From Escherichia coli (lineage in GTDB: Bacteria; Pseudomonadota; Gammaproteobacteria; Enterobacterales; Enterobacteriaceae), in NCBI RefSeq assembly GCF_016903815.1, contig NZ_CP069973.1: a stretch of DNA of 64,000 nt. One strand, given 5' to 3'. The translations under genes were made by a program, and so were the position numbers. The first letter of the stretch is position 1, and each line of letters starts with the position of its first letter. Shown piece after piece: positions 24,496 to 35,658 of this stretch. Below the pieces are notes generated by a model. It was not told where the DNA came from, did no database searches, and worked only from the letters and a program-made list of their open reading frames with translations.

Positions 24496-25923
24496 ATGTC
24501 GATCAAAACCAGTAATACAGATTTTAAGACACGCATCCGTCAGCAAATTGAAGATCCGATCATGCGCAAAGCGGTGGCAAACGCGCAGCAGCGTATCGGG
24601 GCAAATCGGCAAAAAATGGTCGATGAATTGGGGCACTGGGAGGAGTGGCGCGATCGGGCCGCCCAGATACGTGATCATGTTCTGAGTAATCTCGACGCTT
24701 ATCTGTACCAGCTCTCAGAAAAAGTGACGCAAAACGGCGGTCACGTCTATTTTGCAAAAACTAAAGAAGACGCCACTCGCTACATTTTACAGGTTGCCCA
24801 ACGCAAAAATGCCCGGAAGGTGGTGAAATCTAAATCGATGGTGACCGAAGAGATTGGTGTCAATCATGTGTTGCAGGATGCTGGCATTCAGGTGATTGAA
24901 ACCGATCTGGGTGAATACATTCTCCAGCTGGATCAAGATCCGCCCTCTCATGTTGTGGTCCCGGCAATTCATAAAGATCGCCATCAGATCCGTCGGGTGC
25001 TACACGAACGTCTGGGCTATGAGGGGTCGGAAACGCCTGAAGCAATGACCTTATTCATCCGGCAAAAAATCCGCGAAGATTTCCTCAGTGCTGAAATAGG
25101 TATTACCGGCTGTAATTTCGCGGTGGCAGAGACCGGTTCGGTATGCCTGGTGACCAATGAAGGTAATGCGCGAATGTGTACCACGCTGCCTAAAACGCAT
25201 ATTGCAGTGATGGGAATGGAGCGTATTGCCCCCACGTTTGCCGAGGTAGATGTATTGATCACCATGCTGGCGCGCAGTGCCGTTGGTGCACGTTTGACGG
25301 GATACAACACCTGGCTGACAGGACCGCGCGAAGCGGGGCACGTTGATGGTCCTGAAGAGTTTCATCTGGTTATTGTCGATAACGGGCGTTCTGAGGTGCT
25401 GGCCTCTGAATTTCGGGATGTGCTGCGCTGTATTCGCTGCGGGGCTTGTATGAATACTTGTCCGGCATATCGCCATATTGGCGGTCATGGATATGGCTCT
25501 ATTTATCCAGGGCCAATTGGTGCGGTGATTTCTCCGCTACTTGGCGGCTATAAAGATTTTAAAGATTTACCCTACGCCTGCTCTTTATGCACCGCTTGTG
25601 ACAGCGTGTGTCCGGTGCGTATTCCGCTGTCAAAACTGATTTTGCGTCATCGTCGGGTGATGGCTGAAAAAGGGATCACCGCAAAAGCAGAGCAACGGGC
25701 GATAAAAATGTTCGCTTATGCCAATAGTCATCCAGGATTGTGGAAAGTCGGGATGATGGCTGGTGCTCATGCGGCAAGCTGGTTTATCAATGGCGGCAAA
25801 ACACCACTCAAATTTGGCGCGATTAGCGACTGGATGGAAGCACGCGATCTTCCTGAAGCTGACGGAGAGAGTTTCCGTAGTTGGTTTAAGAAACATCAGG
25901 CGCAGGAGAAAAAGAATGGATAA
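24496..25923 (+). CDS. ykgF: LutB-type 4Fe-4S iron-sulfur protein
   Basis: 475-aa ORF with two CxxCxxCxxxCP ferredoxin motifs (CIRCGACMNTCP, CSLCTACDSVCP). Confidence 0.88.
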   Translation: MSIKTSNTDFKTRIRQQIEDPIMRKAVANAQQRIGANRQKMVDELGHWEEWRDRAAQIRDHVLSNLDAYLYQLSEKVTQNGGHVYFAKTKEDATRYILQVAQRKNARKVVKSKSMVTEEIGVNHVLQDAGIQVIETDLGEYILQLDQDPPSHVVVPAIHKDRHQIRRVLHERLGYEGSETPEAMTLFIRQKIREDFLSAEIGITGCNFAVAETGSVCLVTNEGNARMCTTLPKTHIAVMGMERIAPTFAEVDVLITMLARSAVGARLTGYNTWLTGPREAGHVDGPEEFHLVIVDNGRSEVLASEFRDVLRCIRCGACMNTCPAYRHIGGHGYGSIYPGPIGAVISPLLGGYKDFKDLPYACSLCTACDSVCPVRIPLSKLILRHRRVMAEKGITAKAEQRAIKMFAYANSHPGLWKVGMMAGAHAASWFINGGKTPLKFGAISDWMEARDLPEADGESFRSWFKKHQAQEKKNG

Positions 25924-26611
25924 TCGGAGCGAATTTTTGAATAACGTTGCTCAGGCACTGGGTCGCCCGCTGCGACTTGAACCGCAAGCAGAAGATGCGC
26001 CGCTTAACAACTATGCTAACGAGCGGCTTACCCAACTTACCCAACAGCAGCGTTGTGACGCGTTTATTCAGTTTGCCAGCGATGTTATGTTGACGCGCTG
26101 TGAACTGACCAGCGAGGCGAAGGCGGCAGAAGCTGCAATACGTCTGTGTAAAGAGCTGGGAGATCAGTCGGTCGTGATTAGCGGTGACACGAGGCTGGAG
26201 GAATTGGGGATTAGCGAACGTTTGCAGCAGGAATGCAATGTCGTTGTTTGGGATCCGGCGAAAGGTGCCGAGAATATCTCACAGGCAGAGCAGGCTAAAG
26301 TGGGTGTCGTGTATGCTGAATATGGTTTAACCGAATCGGGAGGCGTGGTTCTTTTTTCCGCCGCCGAGCGCGGGCGTTCATTGAGCCTGCTCCCGGAATC
26401 TTCTCTTTTTATCCTGCGTAAAAGCACAATCCTGCCGCGTGTAGCGCAACTCGCAGAAAAATTGCATCAGAAAGCGCAGGCCGGTGAACGAATGCCGTCC
26501 TGCATTAACATCATTAGCGGCCCTAGTTCAACGGCGGATATTGAGCTTATCAAAGTCGTCGGGGTTCATGGCCCGGTGAAAGCGGTGTATCTGATTATTG
26601 AGGATTGCTGA
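25916..26611 (+). CDS. ykgG: LutC-type subunit
   Basis: 231-aa product from MDNRSEFLNNVAQ (AGGAG RBS); start overlaps the ykgF 3' end by 8 bp. Confidence 0.8.
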   Translation: MDNRSEFLNNVAQALGRPLRLEPQAEDAPLNNYANERLTQLTQQQRCDAFIQFASDVMLTRCELTSEAKAAEAAIRLCKELGDQSVVISGDTRLEELGISERLQQECNVVVWDPAKGAENISQAEQAKVGVVYAEYGLTESGGVVLFSAAERGRSLSLLPESSLFILRKSTILPRVAQLAEKLHQKAQAGERMPSCINIISGPSSTADIELIKVVGVHGPVKAVYLIIEDC

Positions 26612-26718
26612 GAGAGATATGAAGTCTGGACATAAACCTGAAGGCAGCATACGAGGTTGTGAATAGCGTTAAGGACAACCTGACTTAACCCCGTTCCGTC
26701 ATGGTTATGCTGCTCTTC

Positions 26719-26757
26719 TGTAAATATCCTGGCATTAGTAATGCCAGGATATTTACA
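26719..26757. terminator. 39-bp perfect palindrome between convergent ykgG and ykgH (candidate bidirectional terminator)
   Basis: TGTAAATATCCTGGCATTA-G-TAATGCCAGGATATTTACA, 19-bp perfect arms. Confidence 0.5.
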
Positions 26758-26853
26758 GTGAAAAAGACAGGCATCCATTCCTGAAAACGGGTTCCCTTCC
26801 CGGTCATTGTCACTTCAGCTTTATACAGGCACTCTCTATCAGAATGCTGTTTA

Positions 26854-27522
26854 TTACTGCCCAGAGTTTTGTTGGTATTCATCTACCATTTTTTTGACAA
26901 GGCAAAACATTACAGAAATCACAATGCTTAGAAAAAATCCCAGAATCAGGCAAATGGCAGCAGGATATTTACTTTTTATTTCCGGTGAGCTTATAGTTAC
27001 ACAGCCATCACCGTTCGGATACAATGACCAGTTCCTGGTCAGGTATATCATTTTTGTATAAAGCTCACTGTTAATTGCTGAAGGTGTTTGTATCTCATCG
27101 AGAACTTGCCTGCCATTATGGTATTCTGACGCATACCATTTGATAATAGACGCCTGCACGCGAGATATTTCCGCTTCAGCAGTTGGTAAATCTCTCTTAT
27201 CTCCTGACCATTCCAGCTTTATTTCTCTGTTCTTGACATCTGGGCTGGTCTGAAAAAATGTAGTAATTCGCTGAATAACATCTTCAGTCATTGTGGTCTG
27301 ACAGGCAAAGTTATTATTGCTATCACAGCTAACAAGTATGCCTGGTGTTGTCTGGTTTATTTTTAGGCTGTAACTCACTTTTATATTATCTTTATTGATA
27401 TACAGAAACAACAGCACCATTGCCATACAGATAGTTATAATAAAAAGGATAATACGAAACTTTTTCTTCAGATAAAATAAAATCTCAATCAGATCGATAT
27501 CCTGTTTGATTTGTTCACTCAT
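26854..27522 (-). CDS. ykgH: Membrane protein of unknown function
   Basis: 222-aa ORF with hydrophobic segments near both ends; symbol by synteny. Confidence 0.6.
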   Translation of the reverse strand: MSEQIKQDIDLIEILFYLKKKFRIILFIITICMAMVLLFLYINKDNIKVSYSLKINQTTPGILVSCDSNNNFACQTTMTEDVIQRITTFFQTSPDVKNREIKLEWSGDKRDLPTAEAEISRVQASIIKWYASEYHNGRQVLDEIQTPSAINSELYTKMIYLTRNWSLYPNGDGCVTISSPEIKSKYPAAICLILGFFLSIVISVMFCLVKKMVDEYQQNSGQ

Positions 27523-27732
27523 AATATATCCAGAAAATAAAATCTGCCGCAGATAAATGAATTAATAGTCTGTATCAGGAGTGTTCGGGTTAAATATCAG
27601 CAAAAAACCAGCATCATGAATACTGGATATGAAGCATGAGAGTTACCTCAGTGTTTTATATAAGGATTCGGTCCTCATAGTAGAACGGTAACTCTCAATC
27701 TAATCGGTTCCTGAGTCAGTTCACATAACGAC

Positions 27733-29403
27733 TCATTTTTTCACTCTCACCGGCATCCCATTTGCCACAAAATATCTTGCCGTGCTCCTCGGCAACGCTT
27801 CTTGCCCGCGAATCATATCCGCTATTTTCTCGCCAATCATAATCGTCGTGGCGTTCAAATTGCCGGTGATAATTTGCGGCATAATTGACGCATCCACCAC
27901 GCGCAGGCCTTCCAGCCCGTGTACGCGGCCTTCGCCGTCAACCACTGCCATCTCGTCATAACCCATTTTGCAGGTACCGCACGGGTGGAAGGCGGTTTCG
28001 GCGTGGTTACGCACGAACTCATCGAGCTGCTCATCCGTCTGGCATTCGACACCGGGGCTGATTTCGCGGCCACGATACTGATCCAGCGCCGGTTGATGCA
28101 TGATCTCGCGGGTGATGCGAATTGCGTCGCGGAACTCCTGCCAGTCCTGCTCGTGCGACATGTAGTTAAACAGAATCGCTGGATGCTGGTGCGGGTCGCG
28201 GGATTTAATCCGCACATGCCCACGGCTTGGCGAGCGCATCGATCCGACGTGGCACTGGAAGCCGTGCTCTTTCACTGCGTTCGAGCCGTTATAGTTAATC
28301 GCCACTGGCAGGAAATGGTACTGAATATTCGGCCACGCAAATTCCTCACGGCTGCGAATAAATCCGCCTGCTTCAAAGTGGTTGCTGGCACCAACGCCGG
28401 TGCCGCCAAACAGCCACTCCGCACCGATTTTCGGCTGATTCCACCACTGCAGGGCAGGGTAGAGGGAAACCGGTTCTTTGCACTCATATTGCAGATACAT
28501 CTCCAGGTGATCCTGAAGATTTTCGCCGACGCCGGGTAAATCATGCACCAGCGGAATATCAAACTCCGCCAGCAGTTCAGCGCTACCCACGCCGGAACGT
28601 TGCAGGATCTGCGGTGAGGCAATCGCGCCTGCACATAACAGCACCTCTTTATTCGCCGCCGCGCGGGTCGGAATGGTGCTGTCGCCTTCCAGCCACTCGA
28701 CGCCCACCGCGCGTTTGCCGTCAAAAATGATGTGATCGGTCATGGCGTGAGTACGAATGGTCAGGTTAGGGCGCGATTTGGCCTGATCGAGATAGCCACG
28801 CGCGGTGCTGGCGCGACGGCCATGCGGCGTGACGGTGCGATCCATCGGGCCAAAACCTTCCTGCTGATAGCCGTTGAGATCGTCCGTGCGCGGGTAGCCC
28901 GCCTGCACGCCCGCTTCAATCATCGCTTCAAACAGCGGATTGACGCCGGGTTTGGAGGTGGTGACGCTCACCGGGCCATCACCGCCGTGGTAGTCGTTCT
29001 CGCCCACGTCGCGAGTCTCGGCCTTGCGGTAGTAGGGCAGGCAGTCGAGATAACTCCAGTTCTCCAGGCCAGGTTCTTGCGCCCAGTTGTCGAGATCCAG
29101 CGCGTTGCCACGGATGTAGCACATGCCGTTGATCAGCGACGATCCACCCAGACCTTTACCGCGTCCGCACTCCATGCGGCGGTTATTCATAAACGGTTCA
29201 GGTTCCGTTTCATAGGCCCAGTTGTAGCGTTTACCCTGTAGCGGGAACGCCAGCGCTGCGGGCATCTGGGTGCGGAAGTCAAAGCGATAGTCCGGGCCGC
29301 CCGCTTCAAGCAGCAGCACGGAGGTATTCGGATCTTCAGTCAGACGGGTAGCGAGAACGTTGCCGGCTGAGCCGGCACCAATAATGATGTAGTCAAATTG
29401 CAA
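27733..29403 (-). CDS. betA: Choline dehydrogenase (GMC oxidoreductase)
   Basis: 556-aa product beginning (M)[20 protein letters not shown] from a TTG codon 7 nt after AGGAGG. Confidence 0.9.
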   Translation of the reverse strand: MQFDYIIIGAGSAGNVLATRLTEDPNTSVLLLEAGGPDYRFDFRTQMPAALAFPLQGKRYNWAYETEPEPFMNNRRMECGRGKGLGGSSLINGMCYIRGNALDLDNWAQEPGLENWSYLDCLPYYRKAETRDVGENDYHGGDGPVSVTTSKPGVNPLFEAMIEAGVQAGYPRTDDLNGYQQEGFGPMDRTVTPHGRRASTARGYLDQAKSRPNLTIRTHAMTDHIIFDGKRAVGVEWLEGDSTIPTRAAANKEVLLCAGAIASPQILQRSGVGSAELLAEFDIPLVHDLPGVGENLQDHLEMYLQYECKEPVSLYPALQWWNQPKIGAEWLFGGTGVGASNHFEAGGFIRSREEFAWPNIQYHFLPVAINYNGSNAVKEHGFQCHVGSMRSPSRGHVRIKSRDPHQHPAILFNYMSHEQDWQEFRDAIRITREIMHQPALDQYRGREISPGVECQTDEQLDEFVRNHAETAFHPCGTCKMGYDEMAVVDGEGRVHGLEGLRVVDASIMPQIITGNLNATTIMIGEKIADMIRGQEALPRSTARYFVANGMPVRVKK

Positions 29404-29416
29404 ATAAACCTCCTGG

Positions 29417-30889
29417 TTAGAATATGGACTGGAATTTAGCCATCTCAACCTGGATGGACTTCACCTGGGTGTAACTCTGGAGCGTCATCACGCCGTTCTC
29501 GCGACCAATGCCGGAGTGTTTGTAGCCGCCAACGGGCATCTCTGCCGGGGATTCGCCCCAGGTGTTGATCCAGCAAATACCCGCTTCCAGCTGATGAATG
29601 ACGCGATGCGCGCGGTTCAGGTCCGCCGTCACGATGCCCGCCGCCAGGCCGTAGTCGGTATCATTGGCGCGGCGAATCACTTCGTCCTCAGATTCATAAG
29701 TGAGAAGCGACATCACCGGACCGAAGATCTCTTCGCGCACGATGGTCATTTCGTCGCGGCAATCGGTGAACACGGTCGGTGCAACCCATGCGCCGTTATC
29801 GAAGCCATCGCCTTTCAATACATCGCCGCCGCACAGTACGCGCGCGCCTTCCTCTTTGCCTTTGGCGATGTAACGCAGCACGTTATCGCGATGCGGGAAG
29901 CTGACCAGCGGGCCGAAGTTAGTTTGCGGATCGAAAACGTCGCCCGCGCGAATGCGCTCAACGCGCGCCAGAATCTTTTGTTCAAATGCGGCTTTGCATT
30001 TCGCCGGAATAAACACGCGGGTGCCGTTGGTACACACCTGACCGGAGCTGAAGAAGTTCGCCATCATGGCGATATCAGCGGCGAGATCGAGATCCGCATC
30101 GTCGAAAACGATCAGCGGTGATTTACCGCCCAGCTCCATGGTCACTTCTTTCAGGGAGGAAGCCGCCGAGTTAGCCATCACTTTTTTGCCGCTGGCGACA
30201 CCGCCGGTAAATGACACTTTGGCAATGCCCGGATGCTCGGTCAGATACTGCCCGGTTTCCGCACCTACGCCCGGCAGCACGTTAAATACGCCGTCCGGCA
30301 GGCCCGCTTCGCTGTAAATTTCGGCCAGCTTTAACGCGGTAAGCGGGGTGACTTCGCTCGGTTTGAAAATCATCGCGTTGCCTGCCGCCAGCGCCGGTGC
30401 GGATTTCCACAAGGCAATCTGGATCGGGTAGTTCCATGCGCCAATCCCTGCCACTACGCCCAGCGGTTCGCGGCGGGTATAAACAAATGACGTCTCACGC
30501 AATGGGATCTGGCTGCCTTCCAGCGACGGGATCAGCCCGGCGTAGTACTCGAGCACGTCCGCGCCGGTAACGATATCGACGGTTGAGGTTTCCGAATACG
30601 CTTTTCCGGTGTCGAGGGTTTCCAGTTTTGCGAGTTCGTCATTGCGTTCACGCAGAATATCAACGGCCCGACGCAGAATACGCGAGCGCTCCATAGCGGT
30701 CATCGCCGCCCAGATTTTTTGCCCCTGTTGGGCACTCTTCACGGCGCGATCGACATCCTCACGCCCGGCGGCCTGCACGGTCGCCAGCACGTTACCGTTG
30801 GCCGGGTTAATGGTCTCGAAGGTGCGACCGCTGGTGGCGGAGGTATAACCACCATGTATATAAAGCTGCTGTTCTGCCATTCGGGACAT
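29417..30889 (-). CDS. betB: Betaine aldehyde dehydrogenase
   Basis: 490-aa aldehyde dehydrogenase ([15 protein letters not shown]...; EMELGGKSP catalytic region). Confidence 0.92.
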   Translation of the reverse strand: MSRMAEQQLYIHGGYTSATSGRTFETINPANGNVLATVQAAGREDVDRAVKSAQQGQKIWAAMTAMERSRILRRAVDILRERNDELAKLETLDTGKAYSETSTVDIVTGADVLEYYAGLIPSLEGSQIPLRETSFVYTRREPLGVVAGIGAWNYPIQIALWKSAPALAAGNAMIFKPSEVTPLTALKLAEIYSEAGLPDGVFNVLPGVGAETGQYLTEHPGIAKVSFTGGVASGKKVMANSAASSLKEVTMELGGKSPLIVFDDADLDLAADIAMMANFFSSGQVCTNGTRVFIPAKCKAAFEQKILARVERIRAGDVFDPQTNFGPLVSFPHRDNVLRYIAKGKEEGARVLCGGDVLKGDGFDNGAWVAPTVFTDCRDEMTIVREEIFGPVMSLLTYESEDEVIRRANDTDYGLAAGIVTADLNRAHRVIHQLEAGICWINTWGESPAEMPVGGYKHSGIGRENGVMTLQSYTQVKSIQVEMAKFQSIF

Positions 30890-30902
30890 CACGTTTCCTC
30901 GG

Positions 30903-31490
30903 TTAATCGGTGGGTAAATGCTGAGTAATAAAGTGACGGGTCAGCGAGTGTGCGAGAGGTTTATCCAGCGGTTTGCCGCTCAGTGCCGCGCGCAGCCATA
31001 ATCCGTCAATCAGCGCGGCAAGGCCGTAGCCCGCTTCCTGTGCCTGTTGGCGCGGTAACTCGCGGTGAAATTCGCTCACCAGATTCGACAACAAGCGGCG
31101 GCTGCTCACCTGCTGCAAACGGTAAAGCATTGGCTGATGCATACTGCTGGCCCAAAACGCCAACCAGGCTTTCATCGCAGCATTACTGACCTGCGTTTCA
31201 TCGAAATTCCCGTCAACAATCGCCTGTAATCGCTGCTCTGCACTGCCCTGCGGAAGTGCATGTAATCGATTCAAAACCGCGTCACGCAGCTGACTGGTGA
31301 TATCGCGCATGGTTGCTTCCAGCAGACCATTTTTGTCCCTGAAATAGTGGCTGATGATCCCCGTAGAAACGCCTGCACGGCGGGCGATCTGCGCGATCGT
31401 TGCATCGTGCATGCCCACTTCATTTATTGCTTCCAGCGTGGCGTCGATCAGTTGTCTGCGCCGGATCGACTGCATCCCCAATTTGGGCAT
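30903..31490 (-). CDS. betI: TetR-family choline-responsive repressor
   Basis: 195-aa product from [14 protein letters not shown]; TetR HTH ([20 protein letters not shown]). Confidence 0.9.
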   Translation of the reverse strand: MPKLGMQSIRRRQLIDATLEAINEVGMHDATIAQIARRAGVSTGIISHYFRDKNGLLEATMRDITSQLRDAVLNRLHALPQGSAEQRLQAIVDGNFDETQVSNAAMKAWLAFWASSMHQPMLYRLQQVSSRRLLSNLVSEFHRELPRQQAQEAGYGLAALIDGLWLRAALSGKPLDKPLAHSLTRHFITQHLPTD

Positions 31491-31534
31491 TTTCGCCACT
31501 CCATTCATCAGCGTTGTTTATCTATTAAAGCGGT

Positions 31535-31552
31535 TATTGATTGGACGTTCAA
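31535..31552. promoter_or_regulatory. Candidate BetI operator in the betI/betT divergent promoter region
   Basis: Imperfect dyad ATTGATTGGACGTTCAAT centred on ACGT within the 128-bp intergenic region. Confidence 0.3.
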
Positions 31553-31618
31553 TATAAAATGTGTCTTAATTGTTACGAATTTGATTTTAAATGGTAACAA
31601 TAACAGTGGGGATACTGG

Positions 31619-33652
31619 ATGACAGACCTTTCACACAGCAGGGAAAAGGACAAAATCAATCCGGTGGTGTTTTACACCTCCGCCGGACTGATTTTGTTGT
31701 TTTCCCTGACAACGATCCTGTTTCGCGACTTCTCGGCCCTGTGGATTGGCCGCACGCTGGACTGGGTTTCTAAAACCTTCGGTTGGTACTATCTGCTGGC
31801 GGCAACGCTCTATATTGTCTTTGTGGTCTGTATCGCTTGTTCGCGTTTTGGTTCGGTGAAGCTCGGGCCAGAACAATCCAAACCGGAATTCAGTCTGCTG
31901 AGTTGGGCGGCGATGCTGTTTGCTGCCGGGATCGGTATCGACCTGATGTTCTTCTCCGTAGCCGAACCGGTAACGCAGTATATGCAGCCGCCGGAAGGCG
32001 CGGGTCAGACGATTGAGGCTGCGCGTCAGGCGATGGTCTGGACGCTGTTTCACTACGGCTTAACCGGCTGGTCGATGTATGCGCTGATGGGCATGGCGCT
32101 CGGATACTTTAGCTATCGTTATAATTTGCCGCTCACCATCCGCTCGGCGCTGTACCCGATCTTCGGTAAACGGATTAACGGGCCGATTGGTCATTCAGTG
32201 GATATTGCAGCGGTAATCGGCACCATCTTCGGTATTGCCACTACGCTCGGTATCGGTGTGGTGCAGCTTAACTATGGCTTGAGCGTACTGTTTGATATTC
32301 CTGATTCGATGGCGGCGAAAGCGGCACTGATCGCCTTGTCGGTGATCATCGCAACAATCTCTGTCACCTCCGGTGTCGATAAGGGCATTCGCGTGTTATC
32401 GGAACTCAACGTTGCGCTGGCGCTGGGGTTGATCCTGTTCGTGCTGTTTATGGGCGACACCTCGTTCCTGCTTAATGCGCTGGTGCTGAACGTTGGCGAC
32501 TATGTGAATCGCTTTATGGGCATGACGCTCAACAGTTTTGCCTTCGACCGTCCGGTTGAGTGGATGAATAACTGGACGCTCTTCTTCTGGGCATGGTGGG
32601 TGGCATGGTCGCCGTTTGTCGGCTTGTTCCTGGCGCGTATCTCGCGTGGGCGTACCATTCGCCAGTTCGTGCTGGGCACGTTGATTATTCCGTTTACCTT
32701 CACGCTGTTATGGCTCTCGGTGTTCGGCAATAGCGCGCTGTATGAAATCATCCACGGCGGCGCGGCATTTGCCGAGGAAGCGATGGTCCATCCGGAGCGC
32801 GGCTTCTACAGCCTGCTGGCGCAGTATCCGGCGTTTACCTTTAGCGCCTCCGTCGCCACCATTACTGGCCTGCTGTTTTATGTGACCTCGGCGGACTCCG
32901 GGGCGCTGGTGCTGGGGAATTTCACCTCGCAGCTTAAAGATATCAACAGCGACGCCCCCGGCTGGCTGCGCGTCTTCTGGTCGGTGGCGATTGGCCTGCT
33001 GACGCTCGGCATGCTGATGACCAACGGGATATCCGCGCTGCAAAACACCACGGTGATTATGGGTCTGCCGTTCAGCTTTGTGATTTTCTTCGTGATGGCG
33101 GGGTTGTATAAATCTCTGAAGGTAGAAGATTACCGCCGTGAAAGTGCCAACCGTGATACCGCGCCGCGACCGCTGGGGCTTCAGGATCGCCTGAGCTGGA
33201 AAAAACGTCTCTCGCGCCTGATGAATTATCCAGGCACGCGTTACACTAAACAGATGATGGAGACGGTCTGTTACCCGGCAATGGAAGAAGTGGCGCAGGA
33301 GCTGCGGTTGCGCGGCGCGTACGTGGAGCTAAAAAACCTGCCGCCGGAAGAGGGACAACAGTTGGGGCATCTGGATTTGTTGGTGCATATGGGCGAAGAG
33401 CAAAACTTTGTCTATCAGATTTGGCCGCAGCAATACTCGGTGCCGGGCTTTACCTACCGCGCACGTAGCGGGAAATCGACCTACTACCGGCTGGAAACCT
33501 TCCTGTTAGAAGGCAGCCAGGGCAACGACCTGATGGACTACAGCAAAGAGCAGGTGATCACCGATATTCTCGATCAGTACGAGCGGCACCTTAACTTTAT
33601 CCATCTCCATCGTGAAGCGCCGGGCCATAGCGTGATGTTCCCGGACGCGTGA
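31619..33652 (+). CDS. betT: BCCT-family choline transporter
   Basis: 677-aa polytopic membrane protein with the BCCT Trp-rich signature (WTLFFWAWWVAWSPFVGLFLARISRGRTIR). Confidence 0.92.
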   Translation: MTDLSHSREKDKINPVVFYTSAGLILLFSLTTILFRDFSALWIGRTLDWVSKTFGWYYLLAATLYIVFVVCIACSRFGSVKLGPEQSKPEFSLLSWAAMLFAAGIGIDLMFFSVAEPVTQYMQPPEGAGQTIEAARQAMVWTLFHYGLTGWSMYALMGMALGYFSYRYNLPLTIRSALYPIFGKRINGPIGHSVDIAAVIGTIFGIATTLGIGVVQLNYGLSVLFDIPDSMAAKAALIALSVIIATISVTSGVDKGIRVLSELNVALALGLILFVLFMGDTSFLLNALVLNVGDYVNRFMGMTLNSFAFDRPVEWMNNWTLFFWAWWVAWSPFVGLFLARISRGRTIRQFVLGTLIIPFTFTLLWLSVFGNSALYEIIHGGAAFAEEAMVHPERGFYSLLAQYPAFTFSASVATITGLLFYVTSADSGALVLGNFTSQLKDINSDAPGWLRVFWSVAIGLLTLGMLMTNGISALQNTTVIMGLPFSFVIFFVMAGLYKSLKVEDYRRESANRDTAPRPLGLQDRLSWKKRLSRLMNYPGTRYTKQMMETVCYPAMEEVAQELRLRGAYVELKNLPPEEGQQLGHLDLLVHMGEEQNFVYQIWPQQYSVPGFTYRARSGKSTYYRLETFLLEGSQGNDLMDYSKEQVITDILDQYERHLNFIHLHREAPGHSVMFPDA

Positions 33653-33664
33653 TTGTTATTGCAT

Positions 33665-33703
33665 AAAACCGCGCCATGTCTGCATATGGCGCGGTTTCTC
33701 TTA
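33665..33703 (+). terminator. Rho-independent terminator after betT
   Basis: AAACCGCGCCAT-loop-ATGGCGCGGTTT perfect 12-bp stem followed by TCTCTT. Confidence 0.7.
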
Positions 33704-34528
33704 CCTCTTGATACGTTATATCTGTGTACAGTTAAGCCCTTAGTATCGATTGATGATTGCCAGGCAACAGATAATAAAAAAGAAAAGAACTATTGAAGCC
33801 CAAAACCTACGCTTGGACTGTTGTGAATGTTCAATAAGCTTAGTCTTATTTAATGTAAATATTGGTGCTAATTTGAAATGACGCTTTATTCATGGGAAAC
33901 GCGTAGCGCAAATCAACTAAAATCAATGTAACTGTTTGTTGTTTAAGGTTTAATTGTCTGTGTCTGATATTTTATTGATTGTTTTAAATATTGTTTTTAT
34001 TGTCATTGTTATAATGTTGGCTATCTATTGCTGAATGGATTCAGCCTTAAAAAGCAGGTTGTTAAGGGATAGGCATAGAGTAATGACGTGTATGCATAAC
34101 CAACATCTTTACTCATTATGTCATTGAATGTTGACGCTATGTGTTTATGAGGTTGAGGTATTTTCAGTTGATCTGGATTGTTAAATTCATATAATGCGCC
34201 TTTACTCATGAATGGGCGTCAATACGTAGTGGGAAATTATAAATATTGAAATAGTCCAACTACTTCTTTATTACCAAAAATGAGTATCTGAATTTTAATA
34301 TTGCATTCTTGCGTGATTATCTCCTGAGTTTGACTTGTGATTACCTTTTTAAGGTATTTAGCGTAACTGTTTTTGAGCGAGCATCAGAGGTAAAGATAAT
34401 CTTTTTGATAGTGATGTGGGATGTTATGCGTATGGCATCGCTGATGTTTATGGTTACCCCTTATGTGTGCTCAGGAATCCACAGGTAATCACTCATACTG
34501 AACAGCGATAAAAGATAAAGGTGTGTTC

Positions 34529-35617
34529 ATGAATTCATGTGATTTTCGTGTTTTTCTGCAAGAGTTCGGTACAACGGTTCATTTGTCATTGCCTGGTAGC
34601 GTATCCGAGAAAGAACGACTGCTACTCAAGCTGCTGATGCAGGGAATGTCTGTAACAGAAATATCACAGTACAGAAATCGCAGTGCAAAGACCATTTCAC
34701 ATCAAAAGAAACAGCTCTTTGAGAAACTGGGGATTCAGAGCGATATTACTTTCTGGCGGGATATTTTCTTTCAGTACAATCCGGAGATCATATCCGCCAC
34801 GGGTAATAATAGTCACAAATATATTAATGATAATCACTATCACCATATCGTCACGCCTGAAGCCATCAGTCTGGCGTTGGAAAACCACGAATTCAAACCG
34901 TGGATCCAACCGGTTTTCTGCGCGCAGACTGGGGTACTGACGGGCTGTGAGGTGCTTGTCCGCTGGGAACATCCACAAACGGGAATTATCCCACCGGATC
35001 AGTTTATTCCTCTGGCGGAGTCATCTGGTCTTATCGTCATAATGACTCGCCAGTTGATGAAACAGACTGCGGATATTCTGATGCCGGTAAAACATTTGCT
35101 GCCGGACAATTTCCATATTGGCATCAACGTCTCGGCGGGTTGTTTTTTGGCTGCGGGATTTGAAAAAGAATGCCTGAACCTGGTTAAGAAATTAGGTAAC
35201 GATAAAATCAAACTGGTTCTCGAGCTAACGGAACGTAACCCTATTCCGGTAACGCCAGAAGCCAGAGCGATATTTGACAGCCTTCATCAGCACAACATTA
35301 CCTTTGCGCTGGATGACTTTGGTACGGGTTATGCGACCTATCGTTACTTGCAGGCGTTCCCGGTCGATTTTATTAAGATCGATAAGTCATTTGTGCAAAT
35401 GGCGAGCGTGGACGAAATATCCGGTCATATTGTGGACAATATTGTCGAACTGGCGCGTAAGCCTGGTCTGAGTATCGTGGCGGAAGGGGTAGAAACCCAG
35501 GAGCAGGCGGATTTAATGATCGGCAAAGGCGTTCACTTTTTGCAGGGCTATTTGTACTCTCCGCCAGTACCGGGTAATAAATTTATCTCTGAATGGGTAA
35601 TGAAAGCAGGTGGTTGA
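34529..35617 (+). CDS. pdeL: c-di-GMP phosphodiesterase with N-terminal LuxR-type HTH and C-terminal EAL domain
   Basis: 362-aa product from MNSCDFRVF; LuxR HTH (LLMQGMSVTEISQYRNRSAKTISHQKKQLFEKL) and EAL-domain motifs (ELTE, DDFGTGYA). Confidence 0.9.
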   Translation: MNSCDFRVFLQEFGTTVHLSLPGSVSEKERLLLKLLMQGMSVTEISQYRNRSAKTISHQKKQLFEKLGIQSDITFWRDIFFQYNPEIISATGNNSHKYINDNHYHHIVTPEAISLALENHEFKPWIQPVFCAQTGVLTGCEVLVRWEHPQTGIIPPDQFIPLAESSGLIVIMTRQLMKQTADILMPVKHLLPDNFHIGINVSAGCFLAAGFEKECLNLVKKLGNDKIKLVLELTERNPIPVTPEARAIFDSLHQHNITFALDDFGTGYATYRYLQAFPVDFIKIDKSFVQMASVDEISGHIVDNIVELARKPGLSIVAEGVETQEQADLMIGKGVHFLQGYLYSPPVPGNKFISEWVMKAGG

Positions 35618-35658
35618 TGTAAACCGCTATTCACAGCGCATCGGGAGGTTGGCAGCGA

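Noticed and set aside
34021-34209. 62-aa reverse ORF in the betT-pdeL intergenic region
   Set aside because: Very AT-rich, no Shine-Dalgarno, likely chance ORF in promoter DNA
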